Source: Chrysomallon squamiferum
Lineage: Eukaryota > Animalia > Mollusca
Length of the DNA: 64,000 nucleotides
Reading direction: 5' to 3'
Assembly: GCA_012295275.1 (NCBI GenBank)
Contig: CM022672.1
Coordinates: 4,340,001 to 4,404,000 of the forward strand
Both the position numbers and the translations under genes were made by a program. Each line of letters opens with the position of its first letter. Within the stretch, counting starts at the first letter, position 1. The notes beneath the pieces were generated by a model. The model did no database searches. It was not told the DNA's origin and was given only the letters and a program-made list of their open reading frames with translations. Shown one piece after another: positions 55,220 to 64,000 of this stretch.

Positions 55220-55806
55220 GGTTGAAAAATGTACCCTTTAATACGAAATAACGTCACAATACAATATAACGTCATACACAATAACCATTTAAATTATATA
55301 TTTACAGAGATCATTACATACCATTAGTTTTGTTTACTACATGTTACATAACGTTATTACATATGTTTATATATTAATACTTAGTACATACACAATCTAT
55401 ATTATACTAACATTCCATTTTCGTACATACTACATAATAATATTAGATTTAATGGGATTACATAAAAATTTCGTAATGCTTACTTAAGTCTATTGTATAT
55501 CAATTATTACTGTACACGTTATAAACACAGGACATAACTGCATTACACGGAACATCCATTATAATATTATACGCCGCGACCAAATATTTATCATGCTGTT
55601 GTTGTCGTCTGTTTATTACATGCAGATTAATTGGCGTCGGTGATGACAGTGCACGCGCCGTCATGCCGTCGGCTGAGCGGGTACATTCTCGCTCGGGGTG
55701 ACCTCGGGGCCGACGTTGAGAATTGTTTTTCTGTGTGAACTGATTTGTCAGCGGCATTCCTGGTGAAAAACTCAGACTGCGGATATTAGGACAGGTACAA
55801 GTGTGT

Positions 55807-56044
55807 GATACATTTTAAAAAAACATACAAACATATGACGGTGAGGTCTGTTTATTACGTGTTCACAGACATGCATGCATACGTGCATACATACATACAT
55901 ACATACATACATACATACGTACATACATACATACATACATACATACGTACGTACATTCACACGCAAACACAGATACATTTAAAAAACATACAAACATATG
56001 ACGGTGAGGTCTGTTTATTATGTGTTTACAGACATGCATGCATA

Positions 56045-56121
<77 letters not shown>
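55807..56121 (+). repeat. Tandem duplication of a ~78-bp unique segment, each copy followed by a microsatellite
   Basis: GATACATTT(T)AAAAAACATACAAACATATGACGGTGAGGTCTGTTTATTA.GTGTT.ACAGACATGCATGCATACGT at 55807 and 55972; tails (ATAC)n and (AC)n. Confidence 0.92.
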
Positions 56122-56124
<3 letters not shown>

Positions 56125-56364
56125 CGAGAAGATTTAATAGCCTGTCGCTTTGAAGCTGAGAAAACACGTGCATTTCGGGGATTACACGACACACACCTAC
56201 ACTTAACAATTCTGGTCCCATTTTTTCTACTGCATTATCAATAAAGGTTTAAAAAAAAAAAGTTTAAAAAAAAAGAGAAGAAATAAATAAATAAATAAAA
56301 AAAAGAAAATAAAATAATAAAAAAAAAAAAAAAAAAAAAATAAAGAAATTAAAAAAAAAAAAAA

Positions 56365-56403
<39 letters not shown>

Positions 56404-56699
56404 TAAAAGAAAAAAAAGATTGATGGAAAGAAAAAAAAAAAAAAGAAAAAGAAACAAAGTAAAAGAAGAAGAAGAAAAAAAAAAAAAACCCAGAAACGAA
56501 GAAAGAAAGAAAGCTGAACAGAAATATAATCTGTATGATAAAAGCGCGACAATGGATGATAACGGAAACCGGCAACACTTCATTAGAGATACTACAATAG
56601 TAACAACGACAATCGCGGTCGTCCGCCCCCATTCAAAAAAAGATTAAAAAAAAAAAAAACGAAACGTTTTCAGTGTCACCTGAATTTCTACTCAAAACA

Positions 56700-57180
56700 A
56701 GAGACCCCGACCGTTTCTAACAATTAGTTTCCGTCCTATCGGAAGCCGGGAATCACCCTGTCTTTGTTCAGTCCATGTCAAACCGCAGATCTGTTTATTT
56801 AGTGTGGCCAGCGTAAATCTGCCCGCGTTGCCGGAAACGATAGGCGGAGCTTCGGCTCATTGATACAGCGCATAAATTAACTATTTATGGTCATTCACAA
56901 TGATGTCATGTTTAATTATCATAAAATGAAGTTATGTGGCTAGGAAGAAATTTATAAAATCTCTAAAGATGATGGTTTATAAAATGGTTATGAGATATGG
57001 TAATGAATTTTAAAATATTTCCTAGCACCTGTATGTTCACGAGAAACTATATAATATCGCGGCAGGATAAAGAGTGACACGGTCCACGCGGAACAGCCGC
57101 TAGTAGAAATTTCATTGGCTGTCATCTGAGAAAGGCCGGAAGCCTGGTGTGACTTTGTTTTCATCTTGTATTAGTGAATG
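56700..57180 (+). promoter_or_regulatory. Putative DUSP proximal promoter
   Basis: CpG-rich. ETS cores at 56739, 56831 (CCGGAAA) and 57136 (CCGGAAG), GC box AGGCGGAGC 56842, CArG/MEF2-like CTATTTATGG 56881, CRE-like TGATGTCA 56901, TATATAA 57048-57054. Confidence 0.55.
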
Positions 57181-57282
57181 AATGAACTGTATGTGCGAAT
57201 ATTGATTGAGAGTAGCACTCGGCGAAACCGCGCCGTAGACTTTGGATCGTTCATTCGCAAACCCTCTTATTTCACCAGAACG

Positions 57283-61244
<3,962 letters not shown>

Positions 61245-62316
61245 GTAAGCTTTTAACTCATAAATCTTTTCTTCTTTTCTTTTTTTTTTTTTAAATTTAT
61301 TTATTTATTTATTTTTTTTTTTCGTGGTGAACAATATCGTTTTTGAAGGAGAAGTGTTTTAAGTTGGGCGTTTAAATGTCTAACAAGCATAACGAAAAGA
61401 AATGAGAAATTAAATGGCGGAACGTTAAAAAAAAAAAAAAAAAAAAAAAGAGAAGAAAATCGAAGGTTATATTTGTATAAATTTTAGTTTAGTTTTACAA
61501 ACTTTGATCATAATAACTTTCAAGTAATGGGCGTACATTACAACAGCTTGCGTTCAATGAAGAACTGTAATACATTTTTAAAATGGATTTTTTTTTTTAT
61601 TTTTTTTTTTTTTTAACGATTTATTTATTAATTAAAGTGGTCAAAGTCTAATAACATTAACATGACTCGGGGGCGCCATCCATTATTTTTTTATATTTAT
61701 TTAAAATGAAAATTTCTGTCTTTCCGAAAGACTTAATCCATCTCTAATATTATTTTTACCCTCTTTTCTTCATTACTGTGTATATATTTGTTTTCAATTT
61801 ATTATCTTCCATTTTAGCGATCCATCTTTTTCTTTCTTTCTTTCACTTTTTATTTTTTTTTTTTTTTTTTTTTAAATTTTTTTTTTTTTTATTAAGCAAA
61901 ATGTCTGAATCTTATTTTAAAACATCGAATCAGCTCTGATACAGAGCGTGGGCCAGAATGCATGCGAATAAAAAGTTGCTAACAGATTAAGATAAATGAC
62001 CAACGGATGTTTGATAAGAGCAGACGCCAGAACGTTGTGGTCAGTAATTAGGGACAGGTGGACACGGCCGCCCCTCCTCTGTCCCTCGCCCGCTGGTTGA
62101 AACTGACAAGGAGACAGCGTTTCCGGTCTCCTCTTGTTTGCGTTGAAGCTTTTATGAGCGAGCTGAAAGGACGTTGTCCAAATTAAAGTTGCCGAGGTCG
62201 AGGGTAGGGGGGAGGTTGATGATGCCAGTGAACAAATTAAAGAGAAATAAAAAGGGGTTTTTCAGACATTCAGAAAAAAGAATAGAAAAAAACAAAAGAA
62301 GAAAGAAAAAAAAAAG

Positions 62317-62398
<82 letters not shown>

Positions 62399-62776
62399 GA
62401 TTTATTGCTTTTTTTAAAAATAACAACCTGGAATGTAGGAAGTAATATTTTTTAATTCAATCTAAAAACGATTTAAGCCCACTATCATCCTACGCGCTCT
62501 GTTCAGTAACACAGATTTGTAGACGTTCCAGTCGAATAGCTCCAGGTATGAACATCTGGTAAATCGTCCTTTGGTTTCCCGTGATTTAGCGCGGCAAAAC
62601 GTAATCAACACACGTAAAGCATAGTGAAGAATGAGTGGGGGGAAATAAAAAAATAATAAAATGAAAAGAATTTTCAGATTCCGCCACAAAAAAACCAAAA
62701 AAAAAAAAAAAAAAAAAAAAAATCTGTTAGATTTGTAATATTTATCTTTTCTCTTTTTTATTTTCTACGTTGTTTA

Positions 62777-62835
<59 letters not shown>

Positions 62836-63430
62836 TGTTTATTTATTAATTAAATTCCATTGCCGTTCAACAACAAGAAACTATCTATAATTATTAAGTC
62901 AAAATTTGAAGAAAAACCATGCTGACCTCAAACAATTATTATTGTTGTAATTACATATTACTGTAATTATAGTGTAGTATGTATGTGGAGGGTCGGGGGG
63001 GGGGTGTAAAATAAAAATTAAGAAAGTAATTATTTATGGTTATCATTAAAGACTGGTGTTAGGAATTTCCACACAATTTTACAAATGCCATAAGAAAAAC
63101 AACTTTACAAATTCACAGTACAGAAACCGAATAATAATTAAAACTAAAGAATTCTTAACGAAACAGAAATAGAAAACATCAACGGACGAAAAACCCACTC
63201 AACAATCAGGGATACGCAAGGCAAAAAAAATGTAACCAGTCTTTGAGTGCGCGTGCGTGTCGTAATTTTTAATCGGTCACAGACATGTACGAAATAGACA
63301 CTGTCTGCCAACCCAGGCAGCACCTGGTGACCAGGCACCGCCTTCTTCGTTCGTTTAATTAAAATAGAAATTCAGTCACATTATATTCGAAAAGTAAATA
63401 CTCGACTTTATTTACTAATTTTACAGACAC

Positions 63431-63464
<34 letters not shown>

Positions 63465-64000
63465 CGTTCATGAAAGAGAATGCGCACGTAAATATATATA
63501 TAAATAAACGTCTGGGGTTAATGACCGGGATTTCTATTAGATGATAAACTCGTTAAGAAGATCGGGGAGTTACTTGATCAATAAGATTCACACCCTCAGT
63601 GCTGTTACGGATTAAAAATACGAGCGACGGATCAGATACCTTTCTTTTTTCCATATACGGGCATACATTATTACATCATTTACTGAGTAATATGTCATTA
63701 ATACAGAGCCGTTAGTATAAATTATTTGGTTCTAGGAGAGGAAACTTTTTTTTTTTTTTTTTTGGCTGCGTGGTGGGAGAATTTGACTTATTTTCTGAAA
63801 GTGGATCCGCCAGTTACAACGAACTGACGTATTTAAGAACGGCAGTATGTAAGCTAGAGTTAGAATAATAATAGAACGCGCGTTAGAGCTAATGCTCTGT
63901 CAGGGCTAATTAATTATTAATATATTTACGTGCGCATTCTCTTTCATATATATATATATATATATATTAGTAAATAAATTCGAGTCATCAGTATATTTCG

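Noticed and set aside
61245-64000. DUSP catalytic-domain exons (PVEILPFLYLG / HCxAGxSR)
   Set aside because: Not found in any frame I could read; presumed to lie downstream of the window, so no evidence of a truncated gene

Overview
AT-rich, microsatellite-dense eukaryotic genomic DNA with spliceosomal GT-AG introns. It is from an invertebrate animal, probably a gastropod mollusc (inferred from protein similarity and repeat style). I assembled three protein-coding genes by hand, all on +, with consistent splice phases. (1) FAHD1 acylpyruvase/oxaloacetate decarboxylase: 3 coding exons, 10193-11702, 221 aa. (2) TTF2/lodestar SNF2-family transcription termination factor: 24 coding exons, 12933-26101, 1096 aa. 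(3) The 5' half of a DUSP1/2/4/5-type MAP kinase phosphatase: rhodanese/KIM exons 57283-57634 and 61090-61244, with the catalytic domain beyond the window. TTF2 intron 13 holds a 585-bp internally deleted Tc1/mariner element with 38-bp TIRs. The ~31 kb between TTF2 and the DUSP has no recognisable coding exon. It is CpG-rich, in contrast to the CpG-poor TTF2 body. It carries many E-box, CRE, AP-1, PAR/D-box, RFX and ETS/STAT motif islands, several minisatellites, a palindromic MITE-like element and an inverted pair of 79-bp repeat arrays. I found no convincing new multi-gene system. The best leads are regulatory (an immediate-early or clock-like landscape for the DUSP) and structural. Most ORFs in the supplied track are microsatellite artefacts. 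All motif counts were made by eye.
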